Below are positions 37,869-50,440 of a stretch of 64,000 bases of DNA, in pieces (the first letter of the stretch is position 1; each line of letters starts with the position of its first letter). This DNA is from Pseudovirgaria hyperparasitica. Its lineage: Eukaryota. The notes under the pieces are model-generated. The model ran no database searches, was not told the origin of the DNA, and was given only the letters and a program-made list of their open reading frames with translations. The stretch lies in assembly GCA_010093815.1 (NCBI GenBank), contig ML996566.1, one strand, 5' to 3'. A program made the position numbers and the translations under genes.

Positions 37869-39463
37869 ATGGCTTCTCTCGCAGCCCCTTCTTACCTACA
37901 CCTACCCCAGGGCAATGGACTTGAAAGACCACGCTCGGCGCTTCAGGTTCGCGATCTACCTGCCTTCAATTCATTACCATCCAAGGACCATGGCAGACCA
38001 TCGCTGCCATCAATAGGACGCGAGATCCCCCGTCCGTCGTCAACTTCATCGCATCTTTCTTCGTACACTCTCCAAAGGCACAGCAGCGCTCCGATGCTGC
38101 AACTCCCAGCACTCTCAGCTCTGGCCAACCTGGCAACGACATCTCCTTCAGCAGAGGATCCAAGGTGCGTAGATTCTAGAAGACAGTACACAAGAGGTTG
38201 CGGCTGCGGACAGACAAGGACTGGCGAGGAGCAAGCGATGGCATTGTTGTGTTTGCGGCCGCAGATGCATCCCAGTTAAGGTGCAGGGCTTTTAGCGGGC
38301 GCTCCTGCCCGCCAATTGCCAGCCGAGCCCTTGTCTCGCACCCGCAACTTCTTTCTCCTCTCCAATTCGCACCTTTTCGCCCAAATCTCTAACTTTTCTG
38401 TCTGATAGATGCTTCAATGTCCGTCACACTATGAATTATGCTACTGCAGCACCTGCAGCGCCGAGCGGGCAAGCGCAGTCTCCTGTAAGTCTTCTTTGCT
38501 GCTCCTTGATGTTGCTATCGCCCGGAAAACCGTTCTCGCATTCCTTATCAGCTTTATCGCGACCATCTCCGTTCCGATACGAATTGGTGAACTGACCCTC
38601 GTGAACAGCCCATCTGCCAGAACTGTGGTACAGGCACAACTCCGCTATGGCGACGAGATGAGTCTGGCAGCGTACTCTGCAATGCTTGTGGATTGTTCTT
38701 GAAGCTGCACGGGCGTGCGCGACCGATAAGCCTCAAGACAGATGTCATCAAAAGCCGTAATCGTGTCAAGACGAACCCCGGACAAAAGAAGAAGGTAAGC
38801 AACGCGTCAAATACAACGAGGCAGCCAATACTGATACTTCACTCGCTATAGAGCTTCACTGAGCTCAACGGTGGTCTGCCTGCCGCTCATCCTGATCTTC
38901 CTGCCCCCATTCCGTCTGCCCTACCTCGAGGCCCAGGCCACCGCATACCATCTGGTGGCTCTGAGCGGTCGCACTCCCCCCTTTCACGACACGGTACTCC
39001 AGGCTTGCACCACACCAACATCGCACCGCAGCACATGTTCGACGGTGTAACCTTTGACGGTACAAACTTCCACACGTCGTCCCTCGCGAACATAGCCAAC
39101 CTACGCCAGCCCTCTCCTTCGAACTCAGTCGCAAATGGCCAGCTCGACCAGTCCCTCAGTTACGATAGCCTCGTCCTCCAGAACAATGGTCTGAAGACTC
39201 GCGTCAGTGAGCTCGAGGTCATCAACGACCTCTTCCGAGGGCGCGTTGCAGAGCTTGAAAACAGCGAGCAAGACGCCCGACGAAACCTCGACGAGTCGCG
39301 TGCTCGTGAGATTGACCTCAAGCGCAGGGTCGAAGAGATGGAAGCCGAGCTTGCAGACGCCAGGGGCAGCCCTTTGAGACATAAGAGAATGAAAATGTCC
39401 GATCTTGTCGACGAAAAAATGACCTCGACCCCTGTGTCGACGCCACCAACCCAGTCCTCATGA
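37869..39463 (+). CDS. areB: GATA zinc-finger / leucine-zipper nitrogen regulator AreB (Asd-4/NreB; Dal80-like)
   Basis: [54 protein letters not shown] plus the coiled coil [23 protein letters not shown]. Introns 38165-38408, 38485-38608 and 38795-38851 give one continuous frame. Internal ATG at 38431. Confidence 0.92.
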
Positions 39464-39465
39464 GA

Positions 39466-39503
39466 ACTACCACTACTACTACTACTACTACTACCACCAG
39501 CTA
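39466..39503 (+). repeat. (CTA)n/(CCA) trinucleotide microsatellite at the start of the areB 3' UTR
   Basis: ACTACCACTACTACTACTACTACTACTACCACC, directly after the stop codon. Confidence 0.85.
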
Positions 39504-40197
39504 CACCGCCGCGCACACGTCTCAATAATACACGTAAATGACGCCCCATAAAGTGGCACACATCCAACGCACCTTCCACTCCGCACGGATCAATTTCCTT
39601 TCTGTCTCATGCTTGCATCCACGCTCTGTCTATATTCTCCTGAGATATCCACGCGCGCTTCGGCTCGCGCGAAAATTCACACCTTCACACCATTTACACA
39701 TACCACTAATGTCTGGAATCATACATGTACCTTAATAACACCCCTGGTCGGCTCGTCGACCCCTATCACTACCACTACACTTACCACTACACTACCACCA
39801 ACCAATCTCTCCTAGACCTTTCTTGTTGGATCCACAGCTTGTTAGCCTTGGAAATATAGGTTGGCATTTTCTGCATCGCGGAAAAGCGATTGGGAGGGGC
39901 CAATGGTCATTTCTTGGGTTTGTTCCGATGTGATGAACGGATGAGGGAAACGGGGAGAGGAGATGTTAGAGGTCGTGCACGTATACAGTACTCTGTGGAC
40001 CACAACATCAGTATACTCGCATTGGGCAGCTGATACAAAATGCATGGCTTGGCTGGACTGGGCTAGAACACCGAATCTGAACAGCGAATTGGAAACCTAT
40101 AAATGACCAGATTTGACCTTTTTGCATTCACACGTGACATATATTTGTATGCACTTTCTATCTGCGAATTTTCCCCATACTTGTCCCCACTCTAAGC

Positions 40198-42186
40198 CTA
40201 TCGCCCAAAGCCAAACCACCCTCTCTTCTTGGGCGTCTGATCCTGCTCAACCTCCATCTTTCCTTCCTCCGCCCTCTCCTCCACAGCTTTGACCGCCCCT
40301 TGGCCTGGATACACGATATAATTGAAAGCGACATCCAAGAACAGCGGCTTAACGGGTATAGGCTGCAGTTTTGGTGGATACGTGACTAGGTTGCTAAGAT
40401 TAGCACCGCCGACTGGGTATATGTCCAGGCTATCTACCAGCGGACGCAATGACCTGCCAGATGTTGCAGACGATGAGGTTAGCGTTTGTAGATGGACAAG
40501 TGCGCGGTGGCGGATGACGAGGGCGGAAAGCCTGCTGTGTAGGGTCTCAAGATGTGTGCTACTGGGGTCGAGGCGTGGTATGGAAGACGCTGGGGATGCG
40601 TTGTGCGATTTGGATTGTGTGGAGAGGGTGAGGGCGCGGTCGAGGAGGGCGAGCGCGGAGCGGGCGGAACTGGGTGTGCTGAGGAGCATGTGCGACTGTG
40701 CGATGTTGAGGCATCTAGTGGGTATTAGTATGAGATCTCTGGTATCCACGGAGACAGCTTACTTCAGTGCTTGGTAGTATGCGCGCTTGGCGTCTAGTTC
40801 GTCGATGAATGCTGTGTCGCGAGCTGCACCACGGAGTTCTTTGACCGAGTCGATGCTTTGAAGGATAGCGTCGAGAAGGACGACGCGTTCTCTTAGTCGT
40901 GCCAGTCTGCGGCCATTACCCTCGGGCTTGACCGTCCATTGTTTGCCGTCCTTTCGAGGACGTTTAGGCTGGCGCTGATTCTCATTGCTGTCGAAGCTTG
41001 CGCCGTCGTCTATGCCGATGAGCACGCGATTCCGCCCAATACGCCAGCCGATGAGGTCATAGTTGACAGCGAGATTAGTGACACGAAGGTTCTGCATACG
41101 TGAGTCGCCTTCTTCAACGCCTTCTTTCTCGAGCTCTTCGATGGCGTGGCGGGTTGCGTCTACGGCATCTTGGCTGGCGATGAGGATGCCATCATACGCC
41201 CCCCCTTTTTCACGCGACGTTGTGTCTTCAGTGGCGGATGTCAGGAATTGAGAGAGTTCAGTCTCAGCGATGGCCACAGATGCTAGAGCTTGACCAATTG
41301 CTGCGTCGATGATGTTCGCCTTTCGGCCACGCCATGTTATGGTATTTGGGACATCTGTCGCAGCTGTGTTTGCTGTGTTCGAGCTGGGGTCTACCAGCGC
41401 CTCAGGATCCAGCTCCTCAATTGCGGGAACAATACCCGACAACCGGTCTTGAGGAAAGTACTTAATAGCGACAGTAGAGACTGCTACGGTTCGGGGAATG
41501 CTAGATGAGTACGCAGCATATCTAATGCTTGGATCTATTGAGCCTACGAGCACTTCTTTATATGTGTCGTCTCTTGTGCTCTTCAACAAAGCATTATAGA
41601 TCACACGAGCTGTAGCAAAATGATGGAGACACGGCTGCCATCGATCTACAGAGGCTTCGCTATCCTTAATGCCTTCGGATTGTTTCTCGAATTCCTCAGC
41701 GCCGGACAGAGACGATGCATAAGCTTGAGCCTCAAGACGATCCCTTTCAACGGCACCTGTCAACTGGTCGCCGAGCAATACAAGCAGGTCGTTTGCAATT
41801 TTAGAAGCCTTGTGGAGTCGCGAGATTATATGCTTTCTTGTTGAGCCAGTGATCCCTTGTTCTGTGTTGTCTTCGGCATGTGCGGCTTTCATATACATTG
41901 CATGTGCCCATGCTCGTTCTGAGGATAAAAGTAGTAAATGCACGAATCTTCGGTCGATTAGTATGATTGACAGAACATAACCATTTCAAACCCACTCTTG
42001 ATTTGATTGTACATCCCCAGCAGTAATAGGGGCCTTTTTCGAGTACTTGACATTCTTTGGTGTAGCTCGTCCTAACTTTTTACGTAGCGTGCGTATCCGC
42101 CTTGCCAGTTGAGCACGGTAGGTATTGTAATCCCCAATGAGAAGCGCATTATCTCTTTGAGATGTGACAAAGTGTGTAATTTCCAT
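40198..42186 (-). CDS. SRP68: Signal recognition particle subunit SRP68
   Basis: GDYNTYRAQLARRIRTLRKKLG, LLLSSERAWAHAM, C-terminal PPKLQPIPVKPLFLDVAFNYIVYP..GWFGFGR. Introns 41948-41995 (AAG acceptor) and 40715-40762. Confidence 0.95.
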
Positions 42187-42778
42187 AGCCCTCTAAGTGA
42201 CTTATGAATTTGGAGTTACGAATAAAGCAGTGGGGTACTTTGCCGGAGGAGGGGTGGAATGAAACTGAATAGATTTGTGAAAATGAGAGATTCTGAGCAC
42301 AACGTATGCACAGTCCCAGTCAAATTTGATCAGTGCAGGTCTGGGGAAGAGTCAAGCTCCCAGATTAAATGCTTGAGGTGAGTCTCAAAAACTATCCCGC
42401 ATGCACCTCCGCGTCTCATCGGTAGGTGAGGATGGACTGGCGTCGGGACAACTACGGGTTGAAAACCATTCAGGAAGAATGTCTATTGCGTATAGATGGT
42501 GCAGGGCGTCAACCTTAGCTCGCCGCATTCGCCATCACACTTCCGGTTTTTTTCTTTCTCACGCGTGTGTTTCTGCTGTATTTCTTTGTTTTCTCCATCT
42601 TCTCAGTACCTACGCGTAATCGACACTAAATTCTCGGCATGAAGGTTGAATGTGAGCTCTCCGAATTGCTTTCTTGCTCCCATGCGACATTAGAACTGAC
42701 GAATTGTGCAATTGTAGCTAGCACGCAACTCTGGTAGCATAAGGTGAAAGCATTCATTGCTGTTTGATTCCTTGGGGT

Positions 42779-45700
42779 ATGCTCGAGCGGCTCCCGTCAT
42801 GCCTCGAATCCGGCGGACGTCTTCTACGAGCTTCAGAACGTCGCGTTACAACGAAGAGGACGCTTCATTACGCATTTCTGCATCATGGAGTCGGTGACCT
42901 CTCTCTATCCGCCGGGTGGGCAAACCAGGGAGTTTCAGTATCAGGATCAGCACCGACTTCTCCAGACGTCTCCCGGGCGCGGAATGGCATTGAAGCGCAG
43001 TCAAGTCAAAGCTCTTCAATGCTCGATTTCTTATACCCACCGCTTACGAGGGCCTATATGCAAAGCCTATCGCCTTTCCAGTGGACGCAGCGTGAGGACC
43101 GAGGATCAAGAAGAAGAGGGACAAGCAGTAATCGGTATTTCTCCTCTCTGGCCGGGGGCGCAGTCGAAAAGGGAAAGAGTGAAACACAAACAGAAACGCA
43201 GTCCTTTCGTAGCGACCCGCTCAGCGCTCTGAAAAACGTACTTGCTGCCGAACAAAATGAGAGTAACGTCGAATTGGCCTGGCAACTGTACAAATTACTA
43301 GACCCGTCTGACCGCACCGGCACTTTACTTGTGGAGCTTGTAGATTTCTTCTCGGGTTCCACTCGCCTTGTAGAAGCAGATCGCATTCTGTCTATCTTTG
43401 AATCTATTGCCAGGGATCTTCGACGGCCTTCTACATATCGAGCAGCAATAACATCGGCACTCAAGATACGGGTCGCAGGCCGGGCGCTCGATATCCACCA
43501 AGAAGCTGCAGCCCGATCGACCGAACCCAACTTTGGAACGGACATCCTCCTTGCCCGAATGATTTACGATCGACAGTGGGACTTGGCATTTCGCATCTAC
43601 AGCTCTTATACGGAATTCATGAGGCGAAATCCAACATGTACAGCCCCTTCAGTATTTGAGTATGCACAACGAATACCAAGCCTCGAAATCTATCTCGAGC
43701 ATCTCCTGAAACACACTTCGAAATACCAATTACAGTACGCCGCAACTGGGAAAACGCCAATCACACAAGCATTCGTCCGGGGCTGTACCGAGGCTGCCAT
43801 ATCACAACTACCAGCTACTACACCAAAATCTGACCACCACTGGCGTGCGATTTTCAAGCGCCTGCAACGACAAGGGCTCTCGGAGAAGAAATACTATGAG
43901 CACGTCATTCTCCTTGAGATGGAACAGCCGAGGAATACTTGGAACGTATCGAGGTGGATGCTACCGTGGACCCTATACAATCAATATATCACCGAAGCGA
44001 AGAGGAAACCAGTCGGCGATGCATTCGGCCCTTCGGAACGGCTAATTGAAGATGGATTTGTGCCTTCGAAACGATTCATGCATCTTGTGTTGCATCGTTA
44101 CTGCCGATACCACTACGAAAAGCCTCTGACTGAACATGGCCGTGAGAAGGACATCAGGGCGAAGTTTGGAGACGATAAGACGATCATCATTCGACCTGAA
44201 GGATTCAGAGGTATCCGACCTAAAGGATGGGGCTATGATCGTTTGCGAAAGTCAAAATCCAATTGGAACCAAGTCATAACTGGAAAGCGGTTAGCAGATG
44301 ATTGGTGTCATTTCTACGGATCTCTCGACAAGCTCTGTCTGTGGAGGCTCGCCAAACTCTACACCGAGCGCGGCGGCGCCGAAGAAGTACTGGATTACAC
44401 AGCACAACTGGTAAAGCTGTGCGGTAAATTGACCACACGTGATGGACTACGTTTGCTACAAGTATACGAAGCGCAAGCCAATCCAACCGGTGCACAGGAG
44501 CAATTCGACCGCCTGCAAACCGAATTCGGAACGGTTGCGACCCCACAGCACTACCTTCACTTAATCAATGCGTACACACGAGCCGGGGATATGAATGGAG
44601 CATACAATGCATTGGAACAAAATATGTCGTCGTCTCAGAAGCCCTGGGCCGGATCATTTCAAGCAGTTGCAAGGCTTGCTGCTGAAGTTGGCGATGTCAA
44701 CATGGTTTATGACATTTTGAATCATGCACAAAATCTGAAGATCGACACCAGTGTCCGTATGTTTCGCTCGACTTTGATACACGCCCACATCAACGATGGC
44801 AACGTTGAGGCGGCAGAACGCGAAGCTCGAGAATTCACAGAGTCGGTAGCTATTGATTATCCCCGAGAGGAGCTGGCGTTGATCTGGAACCCACTGCTGG
44901 TACACTTTGCGTTGAAGCCCGAGATGACCTCGGTGGCTCGCGTTTATCAAGAGATGCAAAAAAATGAAATACCTCTTGATACTTGGGGCTATGCTGCTAC
45001 GATGCGGTCTTTAGTATCCGTAAGACTTCCTCACCAGGCTTTCAAGATCATGCGTCAAGCCATGCACAAGAAACAATTAAGACCTAAAGCTTTCCATTAT
45101 TGTATCTGTATTCTGGGCTTCATCAACATAAGGAACCCTGAGACAGCGCTTGAGATTTACATGAAAATGCTTAAGCTCGGTATACCCGAGACCTCTTACT
45201 CTAAGGCCCTCTATATCAAGGCTAGATTAGCCTTAGAAAAAAAACAGATCAGACTCGAGGGGTCAGGAATCCTCGCCGATAGGCGACTCCACGAAATCCC
45301 GGGTGATTGGGTCAAAAAAATGGAAGGAGGTCAGCTGTGGTCTATAGACAATTACAGAAACAAGACCCGATCACACCTCACTCAAGAAGAAAGGTTGCAG
45401 GAGTTTCTGAAAGACATCAACGAGGTTATGGATAGCTCTAATCCGCGTGATAATTCACTGCGCGGCCCACGACTGGCAACACCTACAGGTATGGGTCCTC
45501 AGCAAGTTGTCTCTGAAGCCTACTACAAAAGCATCGTAACGATCTACGGGGCACACAACGCCTTTGAACTCGTTCGTGATCTCTTCGATACCTTAATCCA
45601 ATCCGCCGAACCATCAGAGAATCCCGCATACGAGCCGTCCCTTATGGTGCTAGATAGCACCATGGAGGCCTATCGAAGCCAGCAGGATTACAAATCTGTG

Positions 45701-46480
45701 TGGAATTGCTGGCAGCTTATACGCGATTATGCAGACAGACTAATTGGCAGAACCAGCTTGCTCGAGTCTCCTTTGCGCCCAAGCGATGAAACTCAATCCA
45801 TTAACATCGTGGGTAGGCTGACGCGCGACGATGACAATCTACCGCAAGAAGTGGTACGCCTTAGGGATCATGGTGACACGTCCTTGATCACAGTAAACCT
45901 CACCCACTTGGTGGAGTTCATACCACGAATTGTTGAGGAGTCTAAACGGCGGCGCCTCCTGATGAAGAGCGCCGATCGCTACATAGCAAGTCTCATGGAG
46001 CAAAACAAGTTCAATGCCGCCATTATGGAGTTCTTCCGCATTCTTCTCCAAGGATACGTTCTTAGCAACGACTCTTGGAATATGGCCATCGAGATGCTTG
46101 TTCAGACGGGCCGTCCGCGCGAAGCTTTCACACTTTGCGAACAGTATCTCATGCCGCGCTTTGTCCGCTGGTTCCATAAAATTCCTCCCGCATGGGAAGG
46201 CGGTCGCAGCTACAGATTCATGAAGACGCGAAAGGCTGAGCGCACACGTCCTTGGGGACTTCGACCAAAATACCGCACGATGATATTTTTGGCAAAGGCA
46301 CTCATGGATGCAAGGGAGCTGCCGCACACCCATCATCACGAACCCCATCCCTTTGATGAACACTCCCATCCATCTGCAGAAGATCTGACGGAGCTGGCGC
46401 CATTGACTGTTAAGGCTTTGGATGAAATGCCACTGGTCAGTGGCGACGAGCTGCAGATGAAATATTTAGGTATAGAGTAG
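42779..46480 (+). CDS. cya5: Mitochondrial pentatricopeptide-repeat protein, Cya5/Pet309-like COX1 translation factor
   Basis: MLERLPSCLE N-terminus, MLDFLYPP motif, and multiple PPR-like repeats (HYLHLINAYTRAGD, IWNPLLVHFA, FHYCICILGFI). Intronless; ATG at 42779. Confidence 0.8.
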   Translation: MLERLPSCLESGGRLLRASERRVTTKRTLHYAFLHHGVGDLSLSAGWANQGVSVSGSAPTSPDVSRARNGIEAQSSQSSSMLDFLYPPLTRAYMQSLSPFQWTQREDRGSRRRGTSSNRYFSSLAGGAVEKGKSETQTETQSFRSDPLSALKNVLAAEQNESNVELAWQLYKLLDPSDRTGTLLVELVDFFSGSTRLVEADRILSIFESIARDLRRPSTYRAAITSALKIRVAGRALDIHQEAAARSTEPNFGTDILLARMIYDRQWDLAFRIYSSYTEFMRRNPTCTAPSVFEYAQRIPSLEIYLEHLLKHTSKYQLQYAATGKTPITQAFVRGCTEAAISQLPATTPKSDHHWRAIFKRLQRQGLSEKKYYEHVILLEMEQPRNTWNVSRWMLPWTLYNQYITEAKRKPVGDAFGPSERLIEDGFVPSKRFMHLVLHRYCRYHYEKPLTEHGREKDIRAKFGDDKTIIIRPEGFRGIRPKGWGYDRLRKSKSNWNQVITGKRLADDWCHFYGSLDKLCLWRLAKLYTERGGAEEVLDYTAQLVKLCGKLTTRDGLRLLQVYEAQANPTGAQEQFDRLQTEFGTVATPQHYLHLINAYTRAGDMNGAYNALEQNMSSSQKPWAGSFQAVARLAAEVGDVNMVYDILNHAQNLKIDTSVRMFRSTLIHAHINDGNVEAAEREAREFTESVAIDYPREELALIWNPLLVHFALKPEMTSVARVYQEMQKNEIPLDTWGYAATMRSLVSVRLPHQAFKIMRQAMHKKQLRPKAFHYCICILGFINIRNPETALEIYMKMLKLGIPETSYSKALYIKARLALEKKQIRLEGSGILADRRLHEIPGDWVKKMEGGQLWSIDNYRNKTRSHLTQEERLQEFLKDINEVMDSSNPRDNSLRGPRLATPTGMGPQQVVSEAYYKSIVTIYGAHNAFELVRDLFDTLIQSAEPSENPAYEPSLMVLDSTMEAYRSQQDYKSVWNCWQLIRDYADRLIGRTSLLESPLRPSDETQSINIVGRLTRDDDNLPQEVVRLRDHGDTSLITVNLTHLVEFIPRIVEESKRRRLLMKSADRYIASLMEQNKFNAAIMEFFRILLQGYVLSNDSWNMAIEMLVQTGRPREAFTLCEQYLMPRFVRWFHKIPPAWEGGRSYRFMKTRKAERTRPWGLRPKYRTMIFLAKALMDARELPHTHHHEPHPFDEHSHPSAEDLTELAPLTVKALDEMPLVSGDELQMKYLGIE

Positions 46481-46696
46481 GTAGTTGTACATTAAATCAT
46501 CCCCATGAACACTTGTAGATAGAAAAACTTGTATATATGTTCAAACAGGGTATCAAGTGGTGCTCATCGAGCGCTTCACGGTATCTCCCTAATTCAAACG
46601 CCCCGATCCAGTGACACCTACACGGGCTCCTTCTCTTTGCTTTCAGACCGTCCCTCGGAACTTAGTATCAGGTCATACACAGTCACATCCTCTGTC

Positions 46697-47305
46697 TTAT
46701 CCTTCTTCCTCAAGTCTCTGTCCAGCGTCCTCCCTAATAGCGTCCCAACAGTCCTTCTCCTTCTCAGTCGACTCGTCGACCACAGCCACGCGTACCTCGG
46801 TCGTCGGTAACAGGGGCGCAGGCTTCGGCCCACGAATACTCTCCTTCAGCGCGCTCCACACTTGCCACCAACGCGCCTTGTTCGGCACGTAAGCAAACCT
46901 CGTCCAGTCCGGGCTGCGCTTGTTCCAGTCGGGGTTCTCAGCCATCCAAGCGGCGCGGTGATAGCGTGCCGTGATGGATGTGATCAGGCTTACAAGGCTG
47001 TTAGGTATCATTAGTTTCTGCGCGAGGAAGATGAAACGGGAGGAAATCTCTATATCTCGGTTGTAGGATGGCACGGTAGAACAAATGCTGGCGAGGTCGT
47101 AGAGGACATACCTTAACGCAGCAAGCAACAGCACCACCACATGCTTCTGCTCCTTCTTGTCTGTCTGGGTTTTCTCCATCCAGTTTTTACCGTGGACTTT
47201 TGACGTGACGATCTCGTATATACTCAGGATAATACATAGAAGTGTGATGACGAGAGGAAAGCGGGACGCGAACGGGGAGTTTATGATAGGTTTGTATGGA
47301 ATCAT
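46697..47305 (-). CDS. Hypothetical small membrane protein (about 2 TM segments)
   Basis: Hydrophobic FPLVITLLCIILSIYEIV and VVVLLLAALS|LVSLITSITA, joined across a canonical in-frame intron 46998-47111 (GTATGT..CTAAT..CAG). Acidic C-terminus. Confidence 0.6.
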   Translation of the reverse strand: MIPYKPIINSPFASRFPLVITLLCIILSIYEIVTSKVHGKNWMEKTQTDKKEQKHVVVLLLAALRYVLYDLASICSTVPSYNRDIEISSRFIFLAQKLMIPNSLVSLITSITARYHRAAWMAENPDWNKRSPDWTRFAYVPNKARWWQVWSALKESIRGPKPAPLLPTTEVRVAVVDESTEKEKDCWDAIREDAGQRLEEEG

Positions 47306-47557
47306 CGTTGGGCTGAGAATGCTCGTAGCTTGGACAACGAGGGTCAAGGTCGACTAGGGCCTATCAGCAGTCTGGACAGAAATGTAGATTTGGTGAATAA
47401 CAGTAAGGTGTGTTCGTGATAGACCGAGAAAGGGGTTGGTGGGAGATAGATAGTAAGATGATGTACCCCTATGTGAAAATCGAAGTGTCTGAGGTACAAG
47501 ACTTTTTAATTTATTTCCTGAAGCATTATGGATACACAATCCACAACACCACAAGAA

Positions 47558-48001
47558 TCAGATCATGTTGATACCAACGATGACATAGTACGTACCCCAA
47601 GCCCAGCACACAAACCATGTACATCCCATACTCACACAATCACATATACAGAAAAAGAAGCTTAGACTCACGACGAGACACATCCCCCAACTCACTGCAC
47701 CCAATCTCGATACCTCCTTGGAACCCTCCGATCCAGCTCCCAGGATCTCCACCAAACTCAAAGCGATCCCCGTGATCGACAGTGAAGGCAGAAGTAAGAA
47801 ATACAGGATATTGTACAGAAATCTTGCGTTTGCGCTGCAGAAGACCTTATGGCGGCAGCGGAACTGTTGGATAATGGATCGGGTCCTTGCTCGGCATGCT
47901 CTCCCGTGGACGGTACAATTCGACATGGTGCCGCAGCATGTGGGCTTGGTGGTTGAAGTCGCGAGATGGGACATAACAGCAGTGGTATCGTGAGACTGCA
48001 T
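47558..48001 (-). CDS. Hypothetical Cys-rich membrane protein
   Basis: ORF from ATG 48001 with hydrophobic FLLLPSLSITGIALSLVEIL and GMCLVVSL segments. The 3' structure is uncertain (possible GTGAGT donor near 47672). Confidence 0.45.
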   Translation of the reverse strand: MQSHDTTAVMSHLATSTTKPTCCGTMSNCTVHGRACRARTRSIIQQFRCRHKVFCSANARFLYNILYFLLLPSLSITGIALSLVEILGAGSEGSKEVSRLGAVSWGMCLVVSLSFFFCICDCVSMGCTWFVCWAWGTYYVIVGINMI

Positions 48002-48618
48002 TGTATAGGAGATGATGTGAAGAGATTTGAGAGTGCGTTGTGAGATGGAGACTGGAAGATGAGAATTTATATATTTATACAATATTAGCGGCACGATTGG
48101 GAAGATTCGAAGGTCGCATTCTGGGCTAGAGGGTGGGAAACCATGGTTGATCTTCAGTAATGTGGCTGTGTGGCATACGGATGTTTCGGAGGGAGATGTA
48201 CGGAGGCTCACGGATAGCTTGTTGATGTTTTTGCGCGATAGGATTGTCGAGGCGTGGAGATATTCCTCAGTACAACGCCTGGTGTCATTTGATGCGACGA
48301 GGTGGCCATCAAGGTAAGCACACCGAGTAAGCACTCCGGGAGCGGTAGATCTGGTTTGTTGCTATCGCCACTACTATAACAATATGTTGCGTCTGTAAAT
48401 AATTAATAGCAAGTCTCAAAACGTCTGGGACCTATACTTGTGCCATAGGTGGAAACTCCCCAGATGTCTCTTACATTACTGTGCCAACGATGAGGTATCG
48501 TTTCTCCAGCATGAATATGTAATGAAACTTACTCATCAAACACAAGGAGCGTGGCCCTGGGAAGTTCCTTCTAAGCAGATATGCAATGGCAAGCGAAGTA
48601 ATTAATTCTCTACCAAGT

Positions 48619-49931
48619 CTATGCACCGACCTTCGCTGCCTCAATCTCCTCCTTCAAATCATTCAATACTCTTTCTCTCTCCTTCCAATGCCTTTCCAAG
48701 CTCTCGATCTGATCTCGAACAGTATCAATATCTTCCCTGATACTCTTCAAGCTTGCCCCTTCTTTAACACTCCCGATGCCCTCCTCTAGGTCTCGTAGTT
48801 CACGCCTTTTATAATCTAGTAGTTGCTCCAATTCCCGCTTCACAAGGGCCGGTTTTGACGTATCCTCCCTCCTATTGCCTTTACTTCGACCCCTATTGGC
48901 TGCCTCTTCAACCCGCTTCATCTTGTCTTCGATTTCACGTAGTTGTTTCTTCAAGCGAACCTCCTCCCAATCCTCAGTAGTTTTCCCACCGAAATCAGTC
49001 TTCTTGTTATATGCTGCGCCAGCCCGATCTCCAACACCGAGGCGCGTCAAGTATGCATCCCCGAATTTGGCCTTTCGGCCTGTGCTTGTGTCGTCACCAC
49101 TTTGAACAGCCCAGCGGTCTTTGTTCGTTCTTTGTTCGCCTACTCGATCGATATTATACTCGATATTGCCTTTCTCGAAAGTAGCGCGCAGACTAGGAGG
49201 TACGCTCCGCGGAACACGGTATCCCTCGTGTCGGCCATTGAGGATGTGTAGGAAAGCCAGGCAGGCATCTTTACCGATTGCGCCGCGCGCTTGCGGGTTC
49301 ACCAGGTTCCATGCTGATCGTATGTCTGTATCTGGAACGTCGAGTGATTCGTAGAGGTCGGTGAGGGAATTGAATGCGACCTCGCCATTAGCGGAACGGT
49401 TTGCCGTGTATATCTCTTCATATTTGGATTTATCACCGGGTCCCATGTACCAGTCGAAGTCATTCCGAAGGGCACCAGCGTCATCGTCGTCATCGTCAAC
49501 TTGTTCGAATTGCGGTTGTCGTCCGGTGAGTGCGCGTGTTGCTTGTACCAGGTGGGCTTTAGATTCAGGAACGAGCCAGTCAGGTAGCTGTTGAGGTACA
49601 TCGGCGTATTCCTGAAATGACATGATACATCAACATAAGCCTATATTGCATAGCCTGTGAAGAGAGGCTGCGGCGAGGCGAGTAGACTTACTCCATTTAC
49701 GAGATCAAAGATGAGCCTCATAGCTACACAGAATTCTTCAAAGTCTAGTTTTCCATCGTTGTCAACATCCGCGAGGTCCCATATTCTTTCCAGTTGATCA
49801 TCGCGAAGTTGGCTGTTCTTTAAGACTGTCGCTGCCGACGCGCCAACGAGATGTGTTCCACCGTTTGCTAGAGAGCTGAATATTTCCCAGTAGCGATCAA
49901 TTTCCCACTGCTCGATTCGTTTTTGTGCCAT
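48619..49931 (-). CDS. END3: EH-domain endocytosis protein End3
   Basis: [14 protein letters not shown]-hand ([27 protein letters not shown]), intron 49612-49691, second EH ([11 protein letters not shown]) and coiled coil ([12 protein letters not shown]). Confidence 0.95.
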
Positions 49932-50440
49932 TTCATGAAGTAAATACTGACTGCACTGGTGTTTTGTGGCGTGTATGCGGAATGTCGACCGTGCTGCGTA
50001 TGCTCATGTCCGACTGGGGACCCTAAGCCTCAGGTATAATGCAGCCTTGTAGCCTAGCAGGGCAAACGGCTTAATCTCGGGGCCTGCATCGCCGATATTG
50101 GAAATGCTTTGTAGGCGATGTATTTGGCATGTTAATAAGGAGTTGATGAAAGAGTTAAGATGAGAGTGTTGTATTATCGTTAAGACATGCAAAATTGACA
50201 ATTATGTGCAGCCGAAAAAGCAGCGTGCAACAACTTTAATAATTCCCTGCCTTTCATTTTCCCTTGTACATTCACAACGCCAACTAGAGAGAGGAATCAT
50301 ATCAGTAAGATGTCTGTCCGTGCTAAAAGAAAAGAAACTATGACTATTCACATCTTTCCGGGGTAAGCTACCACTGGTGATCATATGCTGCTGACATTGA
50401 GGCGCCCATATATACCCCAACATATACAGGTTGACTTGTT

